A DNA stretch of 57,521 nt, filler included, from Piptocephalis cylindrospora (taxonomy: Eukaryota): NCBI GenBank assembly GCA_003614145.1. It is 4 parts of 4 records of this genome, joined end to end, with 100 filler letters (N's around TTAATTAATTAA, not from the genome) between each part and the next. Parts side by side here need not be neighbours in the genome. Positions count along the whole stretch, not along the records: positions 43,330 to 57,521 come from KZ987926.1; 3 more parts are not named here. One strand, given 5' to 3'. Both the position numbers and the translations under genes were made by a program. Positions 46,830 through 57,521 of the stretch are shown here, piece after piece; the first letter of the stretch is position 1; the number at the start of each line of letters is the position of its first letter. Below the pieces are notes generated by a model that saw only the letters and a program-made list of their open reading frames with translations, did no database searches and was not told the DNA's origin.

Positions 46830-49800
46830 ATGTCGAATCGTCGCTTTTCCCAATACCCTGAAGGGTACACGCCAACCCTAGCCTCAGTGGATGGATACAC
46901 GGTTAAAACCCTAGGTACTGCTCTCAGATCTGTTAACCCTGTCCCAGGGGACGGGTCTACCACCTCAGTGGGCCACTCTCATGCCCGTTCTGGTGTATTT
47001 GACCGTCTATCTAGGGATCCATCCACTGGACCCCCTAGACCTTCAATTTCTGATCGTCACATCTCTCCACCAGTCCGCCCTCCTCGTGTTACGGAATTTC
47101 CCTTACCAGGATGGAATGATGAAGTAGAAGTTTCCTTTGTCGGCCAGGCCAGACAACCTTCATCCCTCCGCCACCACCAGGTGTCCGCTACACCAGACGG
47201 CGCATCCCTCAATACTGACTTTACCTTTACGAGAAGTTCATCGAACCAAACTTGGGCCGGATGCGATAGTCTTCCAGAGGATGAGGATGAATGGAGAGGG
47301 GAGCGACGCATGAGAGTAAGGACGAACATTAGACGCCGTATGGGCCATGGCCCAGGGATGCACCGTGAACCACCCGCTGTCTCTTCTGTCCAAACTACTT
47401 CTCCACTCCTCTCCTCGGCTCCCTCATCAAGGGTTGTAGTCACCGTGGAGGACGACGATGGTGATGAGGAAGAGGAGGAGTGGCTAATGGACCGGAACGG
47501 CGAAGAGACAACGATCCCTTCTCATCCCTCCTTTCTTCCTCAGGAACCCCCACCTCACTCATCCCGATTTCCCGTGACACAGATGAACTCCACCATCCAC
47601 ACCCATTCTCCCCTTGCTCCATCCTTAGAGCATACCATCAAGGATATCGATGATGACGAGGAAGAGAATGACCATGTACTTCCTTTACAAATTCAAGGAG
47701 ACCCTTCCTTCTCTGGCCCCACTCCTACCCTTTCTTCCAGAATCCTTGACTCCATCTCCCGTGACCCAAGGGAAGCCGCTCTGGCCGAAGAACGATCAGC
47801 CAAACGACGCAAGGGGCCCGCACTCACTGGGGACTTTTACCCACAACGACCTACAACTACAATTTCCAAACCTCCTCCTCGCACCGCGTCAGCTTTCCCC
47901 TTCCCACCTTCCTTGGGCGTCCAGGCTTCCCTAGAAGCAAAGCGAGCCTACTCTCCTGCCGTATTCGACTCCATTGAGAGTGAGAAACGTGATCCATCTG
48001 AGGTCGACCAGGCTCAAGAAATTCTCTCTGCTCCTGTCACTTATGTAGGTGTGACTTTGGAGGAAGATAGACAACGAGGTATTCAGGAGATTCACCTAGA
48101 GCCCGATGGAATGATCCATCTTCGGTCCGGGGCCGAAATCGTCCTGCAGCTTTCAGTGGACGAGCTGAGTAGGGTGAGGTACGCCGCCATGGGTAGAGAT
48201 GCGTACGCTATGGCCTTACACCCCATTGGAGGATTCCAGCACTGCCGTGCCCTCCGAGACAAATTCCACGCCTTGGACATGCAGCGGACCAGTCGGTACT
48301 TTATTATCCACACTCGGGATGAAGCCCAAAGTGCCCGGTTCATCTGGGCTCTTGGGTCCAGGACACAATCAAACCGTCGGGTTGTCGAGCGCGTGGAAGT
48401 CCGCCCAGATACCCTAGCCTTCCAGGAGCTCCTTTCCCCCGAGGCCCGCCCTAGCTCTTCGGCATTTCGAACGTCAGCTGGGACTGAACGTCAGGTTGCG
48501 CGCAATCGATTCAAGATGGCCATTCTCGGTGTCAAAAATCAGAAAATAGAGATCAATGAGAAAATGAAGGAGACGACAAGAGCCTCACACCAGGTAGAGT
48601 CAATATGTGAGCCCAGCCTCAACCAATCCCTTAGGAATAAGCGGAAGCGGGAGGAGGAAAAGGCGGTGGAACCCATCCTACTGGAGGGATCCAAGGAAAG
48701 CCATCCTATCAATCTTGAGGATGACGATGAAGGTCACACGGAGAAGGATGAGAATGTGGATAAGACTGACCCTGAGGAAGGGGAGGAAAAAACGATGGGA
48801 AATGGTTTGGTGGAAAAGCATCAACTCAAGGCTCAGCCAGGGACTCAAGCCTTGGAACCTTCTATTGCCTTGGAGGACGATCCTGATTTCCAGGTCATTC
48901 GCACATCCAATAGCAAGAAAGAGGATGACCCGAATTTTCAGGCGACGGAGAAGGACAATGACAAAGAAGAGTCTGAGATCAATCGGTATCTCAGGGAGCT
49001 TGACGAAGAGGATAGCATGCAGGACCCAGGGGATGACGACAAGGATACGGACTACGTCATGAAGACAAAGATAGATGATCTTGTTTGTGAAAGGGATCCT
49101 CGTCCACCCCGACGCCTCAAAATCCGAGCAATTTACTCGGACAATTCTGAGGAGGAGGAGGAGGAGGAGGAGGAGGAAGAGCCTCTAGAGGAGAGCGTGG
49201 AGGACCAGTCTCTGGATTATGCCACTTTACCGTAAGCATTTTTAAGGATGATTGCGCTCTCTTGAACAGTGACTCTGGATCTTTCTCATTCTTGCTTCAC
49301 CCGCTCCTTTACACAGTCGATTTAGTTATCCTCCAGGGAATCTGAGGTCCATCTCCATCTCCCAGGAGGATTATGACTGCATGAAACCCGGTGAATTTCT
49401 GAATGATACTTGTATTGAATTCTATTTCAAGTGAGTATCAATTTTCTCTGGGGGAGATAGCTTGTTAATTTTTCCCGGCACATTCACTCTATCTATTCCT
49501 TCACTTTATCAGATATCTAGAGAGGAGTCTGGAGGTTGGAGATCCTGATCTGGGGGAGCAAGTTTATTGCTTCAACACTTTCTTCTACAAGCAACTCACT
49601 CAGACAAATGGGGAAGGAGGAGGCGGAGCCATGGGTCCTGGAAGCTTGGCCGAGGTGAACTACAAGGCCGTGAAGAAGTGGACCTCCAAAGCAAGGCTTT
49701 TTGAACGGGATTACATTTTCATCCCGATCCATGAGAACTTTCATTGGTACCTTGCCCTCATTTGTAACCCGGGGAAGTGCCTGATTGAGGATGAGGAAAA

Positions 49801-50765
49801 GGAGGATAAGGATGCAGAGGTGGATGAGGTGATTATGATGGAAGGCCCTACGGAATCAGAGAAAATGGGAGAGGGAGCAAAAGTGACGGAGGAAAAACTG
49901 GTTCAGCAAGACAAAAGTATGGATGATGTAATCATGGTGGAAGAGGAGAGTGATAAAAAGACGAAAGATAAAGGTATCTTAGCAGAGACGTGGGGTCGTA
50001 CTCGATCCAGGTCGGGGAGAAGGATAGAATCTCCTAGATCATCCCCTCGATCTCAATCTGGATTGACCGGAATTCAAGGACGAGTGGATGAGGAGGGATG
50101 GAGACCGGCCAACGAACGAACCCCCTTTCAATCTCGGGCCATATCCCCAGACGAGTGAGTTTTCTTTTATGCTAAGACAATGGGGATAGTGGCTTTATTT
50201 AGCCCTTACATTACCACACCTATTTCCTCTCCCTAGCCCATTCATTGTCATCTTTGATTCGTTGGACGGGAGGCATCCCAGAGTCTTTTCGCACCTTCGT
50301 GCCTACCTCAATGAGGAGGCTCACCATAAGCTAGGGAGGGCCGTAGATTTTTCCCGGATCCGTGGAGTGTACGCCAAGGTAAGAATGAAGGGAAAGGATA
50401 TGGTTTCACCCTCATGCATCGGTTCACCTCCCTAACCGTATCATACCCTTGATGGTTACATAGGTGCCAAGACAATCGAACTTTTGTGATTGTGGGGTCT
50501 TTCTCCTGCATTATGTAGAGCGATTTCTGGCGAATCCAAAAAAGTTTACGCAGATTCTCGCGGTAAGCGGGGAGGAGCATTGAGAAATTTCAAATGAGCA
50601 CTACCATTCCTTATTTGTTCCCCTATCTAAACCCGAAATAATCCGAAATAGAGGATGGAGCGTAAGCCATCTGAGTGGGAGGATGCAAAACAGCCGATCA
50701 ACCGGAAGCGTCGTTGGATCCAAAGGCTCATGCTGAACAAGTCCTCCGAAGAGGACGATCCTTAA
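46830..50765 (+). CDS. ULP2: Ulp2/SENP6-7-like SUMO protease (peptidase C48), 6 exons
   Basis: Spliced domain: GEFLNDTCIEFYFK|YL..FNTFFYKQL..VKKWT..LFERDYIFIPIHENFHWYLALICNPG..|PFIVIFDSL..|VPRQSNFCDCGVFLLHYVERF. His-Asp-Cys triad intact; stop TAA at 50763-50765. Confidence 0.9.
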
Positions 50766-51186
50766 TGAGTCGTGACAGTGGTGGTAATGGAGATGGGAAG
50801 GGAAAGGATGATGTATTTATAATGGTCAGGAGAAGATGTGTTCATAGCTGTTGGATCATGAGATGATATCCTTGATCACCCCTTCTCCCGTCGTGTATGT
50901 GTGTGGCGGAATATGGTCCTGCCCAAGGACAAAAAGGGAGAGTATATAGGGTAGGAGAGAGGATAGCTTGCTGCTCGGAGGAAAAGATGACGATTATGGC
51001 ATTTTCTTTCAATATCAACAGTAAATAAGCCCAATGTATCATGTATCTCTCACCTCCCCCTCCCAAAGCATCCCCAAGATCAAGCCCACACAGGATCACA
51101 GAATCTACTGTTTTGGGGTCACGTGAACAAAATCAATAAAAACAGCACTTCTTTTCATTCTCATCTCTGTCTTCTGATTACCCTCG

Positions 51187-52278
51187 CTACTCGGCCACTT
51201 GAACCGAGGAAGGGAGAGACATCTTGCCCTCATCCTCCCCATCCTGATCACCATCCCGTCGCTCAAAGGTGTCAAAGTCAAACACGTCTTCATCGTCATC
51301 GTAGGCGTCATTAGCGAGATCGGGGTTAAAATCGAACAACTCCCTACCCGAGACTTGGAGGGACTTGCCAGCACGGAAGGCAGCCTCCTTCTTGCTCCGT
51401 TGCGCATCGGCCTCAGCGTCCTTCCGGTCCTTCCGGGACTTCTTCCATACGTTGAAGGTCTCTAGGGTAACAGGAGTAAGATTGGGCCCTAGCTTGAGGC
51501 GTTCAGTCTCAAGGAAGGTCTCGAGGGAGATCTCATCTTCGTCCTCCTTCTTGCCCACGCCCTTCTTCTTCAGAACGAAGCCAGGGGGTAAAGCATGGCG
51601 GTACTTGCAGGTGGAACCATTCGGACACTCCCAAAACCATCCGTACTTGCACTGATCAATGGCATCGAGAAAGTACTTGCATACAATGTCAGTGGTGGTT
51701 TTGGGATTGCCGTTCTTGGAGGTGACGACCTCCTCCAACTTGGCCTGATCCCATGTATCCATGGTATCGGCAGACTTTTCGCCATCAGGCCGGTTATCGG
51801 CATACAAATTGATCTTTTCCTTCTTCCGGCCAACCTCAAGATCATGGGAGAACTTGCACTTGTCTCCCCGGGTACAGGACCCATTCTTGAAATTGACACA
51901 CAGGACAGTCTTGGGATCGATGCCAAAAGGTACCTTTTGCTGGATTTGCACGACCTTGAAAAGCTCGGCCAGCTCATCCTTTTTCTGCTGTTCTCGCAGC
52001 TTTTTGGTTTCAACCTCTTTCTTCCTGTCTTCGGCGGCTTTCTGTTAGGAGGAGAGGAGATGAGGAAGAGGCGACCAAGATATAAATTCCCCACAATACC
52101 AGAAACCTACCTTGTCCTTACGATTACCACCGGCATTCACCGTGGCTTCGACCTGCTGGACATAGTTCTTGACCTTGGTGGACTTGTTCTTGTTTTTCAG
52201 ACCAAAGGTCTTATCCTCAATGACCTTCTTCTTGGCCTTATCCTTGTTCGGCTTAGTGGGTCCTTTCTTCGGAGGCAT
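51187..52278 (-). CDS. TMA46: Translation machinery-associated protein 46 (DFRP1/ZC3H15), one intron about 52110-52043
   Basis: MPPKK..IEDKTFGLKNKNKS.KV..YV.QV, QKVPFGIDPKTVLC..FK.G.C..GDKCKFSHD, VCKYFLDAI...KYGWFWECPNG..CKYRHALPPGFVLK, SGRELF. Confidence 0.95.
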
Positions 52279-53447
52279 CTTTCAAAGTGTGGCACAAACG
52301 GGGAGACGGCTACACCGAGAATGAGAAGGAGGAAAGGGTGGGGAGTGCGGTGCTCGTGTACGATGAGTGATTGAGGAGGGCGGTCGTGGAGAGAAGAAGA
52401 AAGCTAGCCGGGGTTCCGAGAGAAAAAAGCGTCCGGAAGAATAGGGATCGAATAGCTACTCGGGTTGGAAAACGGAAAGGCTGAACTAGGAAAAGGGAAA
52501 GGAACCCGACAAGAAGCGCCCAACGGCGCGGGGAACATGTCAAGCTGCTTTTTAACGGTGGAGCGTGAAGTGTGTGTGTTGGTTGCCCTGTACGCGATGC
52601 GAGGGGCTCCCTCCCTCTGGAGGTCGGGGGAAGGGGAGAGGAGGGAGACACTGGCAATCCCCTCTCATCTGCCCTCTCTCCTCATGACACACGCACAATT
52701 CACCCAAATCCTGATCAGGGAGAGGTTTAACGTGGATAGGGACGAAAAAGTCATTCCAATATTCTCCTACTACTCCTGGCAGAAGATTCCAGATAACCAT
52801 CCCCGCCAAAAGAAACGTTGGAGGAGTGAGGGCTTAAAACTGATCTTCCTAACGCATTTTATTGGTTAAAATTATATGGATGCGTGAAAAATGCGGAATT
52901 TAACCAATTTTATTACAAATAGTGCCTGGATCGTAGAATTATTAGGCCAAGGGATTAAATTTTTCAGCAATGACCGTAGGACGTCAATCTGTGATAAAGC
53001 GAGACGATCGCTCAATAGATTTGAGATGTCGTTGAACAATGCCAAAGGTTCCATATTCTTAATCATGAACCAGGTATCTAGATTTTCGAAACAACAGTTC
53101 CTCTTCCGATTTTTTGTACCATAGGCACTGTCTAGGTTACTGTATCGTTTATGGATTCCCGCAGATAAGGCGCACTAGCGCTTAGGGTATGAAGATTTTG
53201 TGTTGAAAAATCGATAGTCTTATAGGCTATGAGGATTGTATTCTGAGCACAAAAAGAAAAAGACTGTCCAGTAGAAACCAGTATTTACCATGACCATCAT
53301 CAATCATGATGACCCAGAGCCATTTACTGCAATCACAAAAACACCATGGGCCGGCTAGCTTGGCGCATCTAGATGAAAGGGAAGGACGAAAGTACGCAAG
53401 GCGCACACTCTATTACCAAAAAGACCCTGTTCATCATTGACACCGAT

Positions 53448-55802
53448 TCAAGAGGATTCGGCTGCTCGCCGAGCAGCTTGAATGAAGGAGGTGATCTTTC
53501 CCAGATCCTGTCGACCATCGGGGCCCTCCACTCCGCTACTCACATCCACACCCCAGGGTCGAATCTGCCGAATGGCTTCCTCGACCCCAGAAATGGTTAG
53601 GCCACCAGCCAAGATAAAGGGGGTATTGGGGGCGCGTTCGGCGAGCCGAGAGGCAATCTTCCAATCAAATACCTTACCCTGGCCTCCGGCCGCCTGGCCC
53701 ACCCGTGCATCCAGAAGGGCCAGGGCCCAATGGCCCTCGACTTGGAGGTTGGCCGCAAGCCTGACCTCCTCCACCATCCTCTCCTCCTCCCCATCTTCCG
53801 AGACTTTGCCTACACCAGGGACATCGACGTGGAAAACACGAATAACGGGGCGGGGGAGGGATGACTCCATGCCAGCAGGCTCGGACCCATGCAACTGGAT
53901 ACAATCCAGGCCAATGGCGCTAGTCCACTGGGCCATCTGACCCGCTTCCATATCCTGGAAGACCCCGACTATAGCAGGGCCCAGGCCAGCAGCCCGTCGA
54001 TCTTCCCGAAATTGCCGGGATTGAAGGGCATGCCAGCCCACGGGGATGGCTTGGTTCCTTGCACCCCCGGGCACGATGGGCGTTGGGTAAGCCTGGCGAA
54101 TGGCCTGAACAATGGCACGGGCCTCAGTCACCCCACCAACATATCTTCGGGAGGAGGGGACGAGGATGAGACCAATCAGGTCGGCACCAGCCCGAGCAGC
54201 GGCCAGTGCGGCCTCTGGGGTTCTCACCCCGCAGATCTTGATAGTAACATCCCGGACGTTCATTTTATTAAGCCTCCCAATCTCATCCTTCCGTCCCAGG
54301 AGATGGTGAACGAAGGCAGGTCTATCGGTGGCACGGACCAGTGCTTCACCAACCAAGATGGCCCTTGCCCCGACGGACTTGTAGTTCTGAACGGCCTCAC
54401 GACCAGTGATACCACTGAGAGCCACGAGAAGGGTATCGGGAGGGAGGGAGGCACTTGAGGCCAGATTGGCCGTCCGTGCAGGATCAACGGTGAAGGTATG
54501 TAGATCTCTGTTATTCACTCCGATAACCTTGGAGCCTCCAGCAACGGCCCGAGTCATCTCCTCAGAGGTAGCAACTTCTACGAGAGGTTCCATGCCCCAA
54601 GCTCTGGCAATGGAAAGGCATTGATGGAAGGTAGGGTCATCCAGGATGGCAAGGATGAGAAGGACCGAATCGGCACCGGCTAGGCGGGCCTCGAGAATTT
54701 GGTAGGGATCGAGGATAAATTCTTTCCGAAGAATAGCGGGCCTCGAGGTTCCGAGCCATTGAGTGGAGGCACGGACGGCGCGAAGATCATCCATAGACCC
54801 GTGGAACCAATTGGGCTCGGTAAGGACGGAGATACCTGCAGCGCCGGCCAAGGCATAATCCCTGGCAAGCTCTCCAGCATCCAGCGTGTCGTCGATGCTG
54901 CCTCGAGAGGGAGAAGCCCGCTTGACCTCGGCGATGAGGGCAACGTCCCCTGCTCCCTCTGTAGTTGCCTGAGCGGAGAGACGGGTGTGGAGGGATTGGA
55001 CAGAGGGGGCCTCCCCACGATGCAATCTTCGCTCAAGGTCCGCATAGCTCTGTCCCGGGATGGCCTTTGCCCTGGCAATGTCTTTTTTCCTCTGTTCCGC
55101 AATAACCTGAAGGATGGAAGAGGAAGGAGATTTTACCGTGAGGTTGGGGGGTTCAGTAACCTGCTGGACTTGTGCTAATTTACCCTTGGTTCCCTTCTCC
55201 TCCTCCTCCTTCCAGGTCCCGGAGGAGAAAGCGATAAAATTAGCGAGCATCTGGTGGCCATGGGCTCCACTGAGGATGGATTCTGGGTGGAATTGGACGC
55301 CTTCAACACAGTAGTCGCGGTGGCGAACACCCATGATGACCCCGGAGGAAGTATGAGAGGTAGCATAGAGGGGGCCCGAAGCGGGCAGGGATGTGGGAGT
55401 TGCAGCTAGGGAGTGATATCGGGTGTTTTCCACGCCGTGAACCGGAAGGCCAGCATAGACGCCTTGGCCATCGTGGAGGATCTCACTGGCCTTGCCGTGG
55501 ACAATCTCTCCAGCGTGTCCCACCTCTCCACCGTAGACTTCGACCATGCACTGCTGACCCATGCAGACGCCTAGGACGGGGATCTTACCGGCAAAGTGGG
55601 AGATACAGGCCTTGGATATACCAGAGTCCGTAGTAGGATGCCCAGGCCCAGGAGAGATTACGAGATGAGAGGGTTTAAGGGCGATCAGCTCCTCAACGGT
55701 GATGGCATCATTCCGGAAGACACGAACGTCAGCCCCGAGTTTCCGAAAGGATTGGTAAACGTTCCAGGTGAACGAGTCGTAGTTGTCGATCAGTACGAGC
55801 AT
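53448..55802 (-). CDS. TRP1: Trifunctional tryptophan biosynthesis protein (anthranilate synthase GATase TrpG + IGP synthase TrpC + PRA isomerase TrpF)
   Basis: LIDNYDSFTWN..ISPGPG..LGVCMG..GVQFHPES; IAEVKRASPSRG..ISVLTEP..ILRKEFI..IGVNNRDL; KICG..QLHG.E..GGQG..FDW..LAGGL..GVDVSSGVE; intronless. Equivalent to Aspergillus trpC / Neurospora trp-1. Confidence 0.97.
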   Translation of the reverse strand: MLVLIDNYDSFTWNVYQSFRKLGADVRVFRNDAITVEELIALKPSHLVISPGPGHPTTDSGISKACISHFAGKIPVLGVCMGQQCMVEVYGGEVGHAGEIVHGKASEILHDGQGVYAGLPVHGVENTRYHSLAATPTSLPASGPLYATSHTSSGVIMGVRHRDYCVEGVQFHPESILSGAHGHQMLANFIAFSSGTWKEEEEKGTKGKLAQVQQVTEPPNLTVKSPSSSILQVIAEQRKKDIARAKAIPGQSYADLERRLHRGEAPSVQSLHTRLSAQATTEGAGDVALIAEVKRASPSRGSIDDTLDAGELARDYALAGAAGISVLTEPNWFHGSMDDLRAVRASTQWLGTSRPAILRKEFILDPYQILEARLAGADSVLLILAILDDPTFHQCLSIARAWGMEPLVEVATSEEMTRAVAGGSKVIGVNNRDLHTFTVDPARTANLASSASLPPDTLLVALSGITGREAVQNYKSVGARAILVGEALVRATDRPAFVHHLLGRKDEIGRLNKMNVRDVTIKICGVRTPEAALAAARAGADLIGLILVPSSRRYVGGVTEARAIVQAIRQAYPTPIVPGGARNQAIPVGWHALQSRQFREDRRAAGLGPAIVGVFQDMEAGQMAQWTSAIGLDCIQLHGSEPAGMESSLPRPVIRVFHVDVPGVGKVSEDGEEERMVEEVRLAANLQVEGHWALALLDARVGQAAGGQGKVFDWKIASRLAERAPNTPFILAGGLTISGVEEAIRQIRPWGVDVSSGVEGPDGRQDLGKITSFIQAARRAAESS

Positions 55803-57237
55803 GGGCTTGACAGAGAGGAGTAAGAAGTATGAGCGTGGAAAGGGAAGAAAGAAAAGATAGGGGGGAGGGAAGTTGGAAACAGGATGCGAAAGAAAGCTTG
55901 GGTGGAGAGTGATGTGCGCACGAGATGTGAAAGATTCGGGAAGATCAAGGATAGATTGGGAGATATATCAGAAATACTAAGAGCAGTCTCTTTTATGCAT
56001 ATAGCATCTGTAGGTATTATGATCAGGATACAGAAATGCATGCAGTAAAGGTGACTCCCTCATGAAAACATATCTAATCTAGAAAGTGTATCTAATCTAG
56101 AAAAGCGATATAAGTTCGTGACACCACATCTCATACACTACACTCTAGATTAGAAAAGCTCGGCCCTATTTTCTGAACTATCTAAAATTATAGCAGGCTA
56201 TCACTATGTATTAAGCTTGTATTGGATTAGAAAAATCAGGTATTGAGCCCGTATGAAAGCCATTATTGTAATGTGTTAATGCCAGACATAACTATGCATC
56301 TGTCTTCGACGGTTCCTATCAAATCCGGATCCATTTTTACTTTGCATTGCATTGTACATCTCCCATCTTATATAGATAGATACATCTGATCATCACCAGG
56401 GACACATATACAAATACCGTATCCAATGTGTCTCTACTGATAATTCGTTGCGAACGAATCGTGTGGCGGTCCTCCGGGTCATTTATCCCTTACTGGTGTG
56501 CGGCAATCAATCTTGGGTATACCTGCGGATACGGACCCCAAGACCGTTGTCCTTACACGACAGTACTGTATTCATGATGAGGAATGGGGAGCGTGAAATC
56601 CAATGGGGCACGCGTTCATTTATTCTTGTTTTTAAGAAAGAAAGAAAAAGCAAATCAGAACGATGCAAACTAAGTGGTGTCTGCCGGTCGGACGCAGAGT
56701 AGTTTGGGTCAGCCGTCAATGGTCATGACGACCTTTACTCTATATCATTATGTTTAGGAGGCACATAGAAGAGGGAGAGCATAATAGATGACCAGGGGGT
56801 ACCAAGAGATCATTGAATACATGAGGAGAGTGCCCAATGCCTCTCTCTCTCTCTCCTTCCCCCAAACAACCAAGTTTGTAGATGATGATACCAACACTCT
56901 ACAAACCACGAAATACTTAGGATTGACTCTGGTCAAGCAGCACCAGCAGCTGAGTCTCGCCTTTGCAGTAATACCTCTCCCCGAAAAGAGGATACTAAAG
57001 GAGGCCGGCGATGTCATGACGCACACGCCTCTAGAATGGAATGATCGGAAGATGTAGTATCAATCCAATTCTCCCTCACGGGACATGTAGGGCAGATGTC
57101 GAAGAGAACCCCCTCCTGGTGCTATACTATATTCCTATTATAAGCATCGCCTCTGCGCGTATTTTTTGTCCTATTGGGATATGCAAAGGATACTGTCTTA
57201 CTGTAGGGATCCAAGTGCGTTCCAGGGCTAGCCATCC

Positions 57238-57261
57238 TAGTAGTAGTAGTAGTAGTAGTAG
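57238..57261. repeat. (TAG)n microsatellite
   Basis: About 8 tandem TAG units. Confidence 0.9.
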
Positions 57262-57308
57262 TGGTCAACAGCGAAATGTTAGGGGGCTAACCATCCTATG
57301 CCCACGTC

Positions 57309-57521
57309 TTGGCTTCATTTGTTTTTTTTCTTGCAAAATTGGCATGTGTTTTAAAGCAGAGCCTATACAGTATGTGTAGAACCCACATGAGATTGTTGGG
57401 AGGGGAGGAATGGGAATTTGGCTTCATCTATTTTTTTTTCTTGCAAAATTGGCATATATTTTAAAATAGAGCCCATACAGTGTGAGTGGAACCCACATAA
57501 GAGATCATTGAGAAGAGAGGA
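57309..57521. repeat. Imperfect tandem duplication, about 109-bp period
   Basis: TTGGCTTCAT..TTTTTTTTCTTGCAAAATTGGCAT..TTTTAAA..AGAGCC.ATACAGT..GAACCCACAT.AGA starts at 57309 and again at 57418. Confidence 0.9.

Noticed and set aside
678..55802. A functional gene cluster or novel multi-gene system across the window; recoding signals (Sec UGA, readthrough, riboswitch)
   Set aside because: The genes are functionally unrelated and on four separate contigs; I noticed no in-frame UGA at a conserved catalytic position and no recognisable riboswitch, tRNA or rRNA motif by eye.
56788..57057. ORF containing FVDD and KYLG, reminiscent of reverse transcriptase motifs
   Set aside because: The motifs are only about 8 aa apart versus several tens in real RTs, and no other RT motifs are present.

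Overview
Eukaryotic (fungal) genomic DNA with short GT-AG introns and compact gene spacing. Gene content and style suggest an early-diverging fungus, possibly a zoopagalean such as Piptocephalis; this is inference, not verified. The window is not one locus. Three identical 100-nt artificial spacers (N44-TTAATTAATTAA-N44) join four unrelated contigs of decreasing length (14370, 14331, 14328, 14192 bp). Contig 1: KXD1-like, CHS5, steroid 5-alpha-reductase-like, FMT1, a DUF6540-like small protein, WrbA/Pst2 quinone reductase, RAD21 and a GLUT-type MFS transporter. Contig 2: MTAP, an OpdA/OOP-type M3 oligopeptidase, a DH-PH RhoGEF, RPS14, a PhnP-like metallo-beta-lactamase hydrolase disrupted by an 85-bp inverted copy of its own sequence, RQT4/TRIP4, a small Cys-rich membrane protein and a partial P4-ATPase. 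Contig 3: a degenerate repeat, a 780-aa orphan, a small secreted Cys protein, RNR2 and samB/MUB1. Contig 4: an apparently truncated SLP1, ULP2-like protease, TMA46 and trifunctional TRP1/trpC. I saw no rRNA, tRNA, CRISPR array or intact transposon. I found no convincing new multi-gene system. The best leads are single-gene anomalies and the accessory-looking block at 28.9-34.7 kb.
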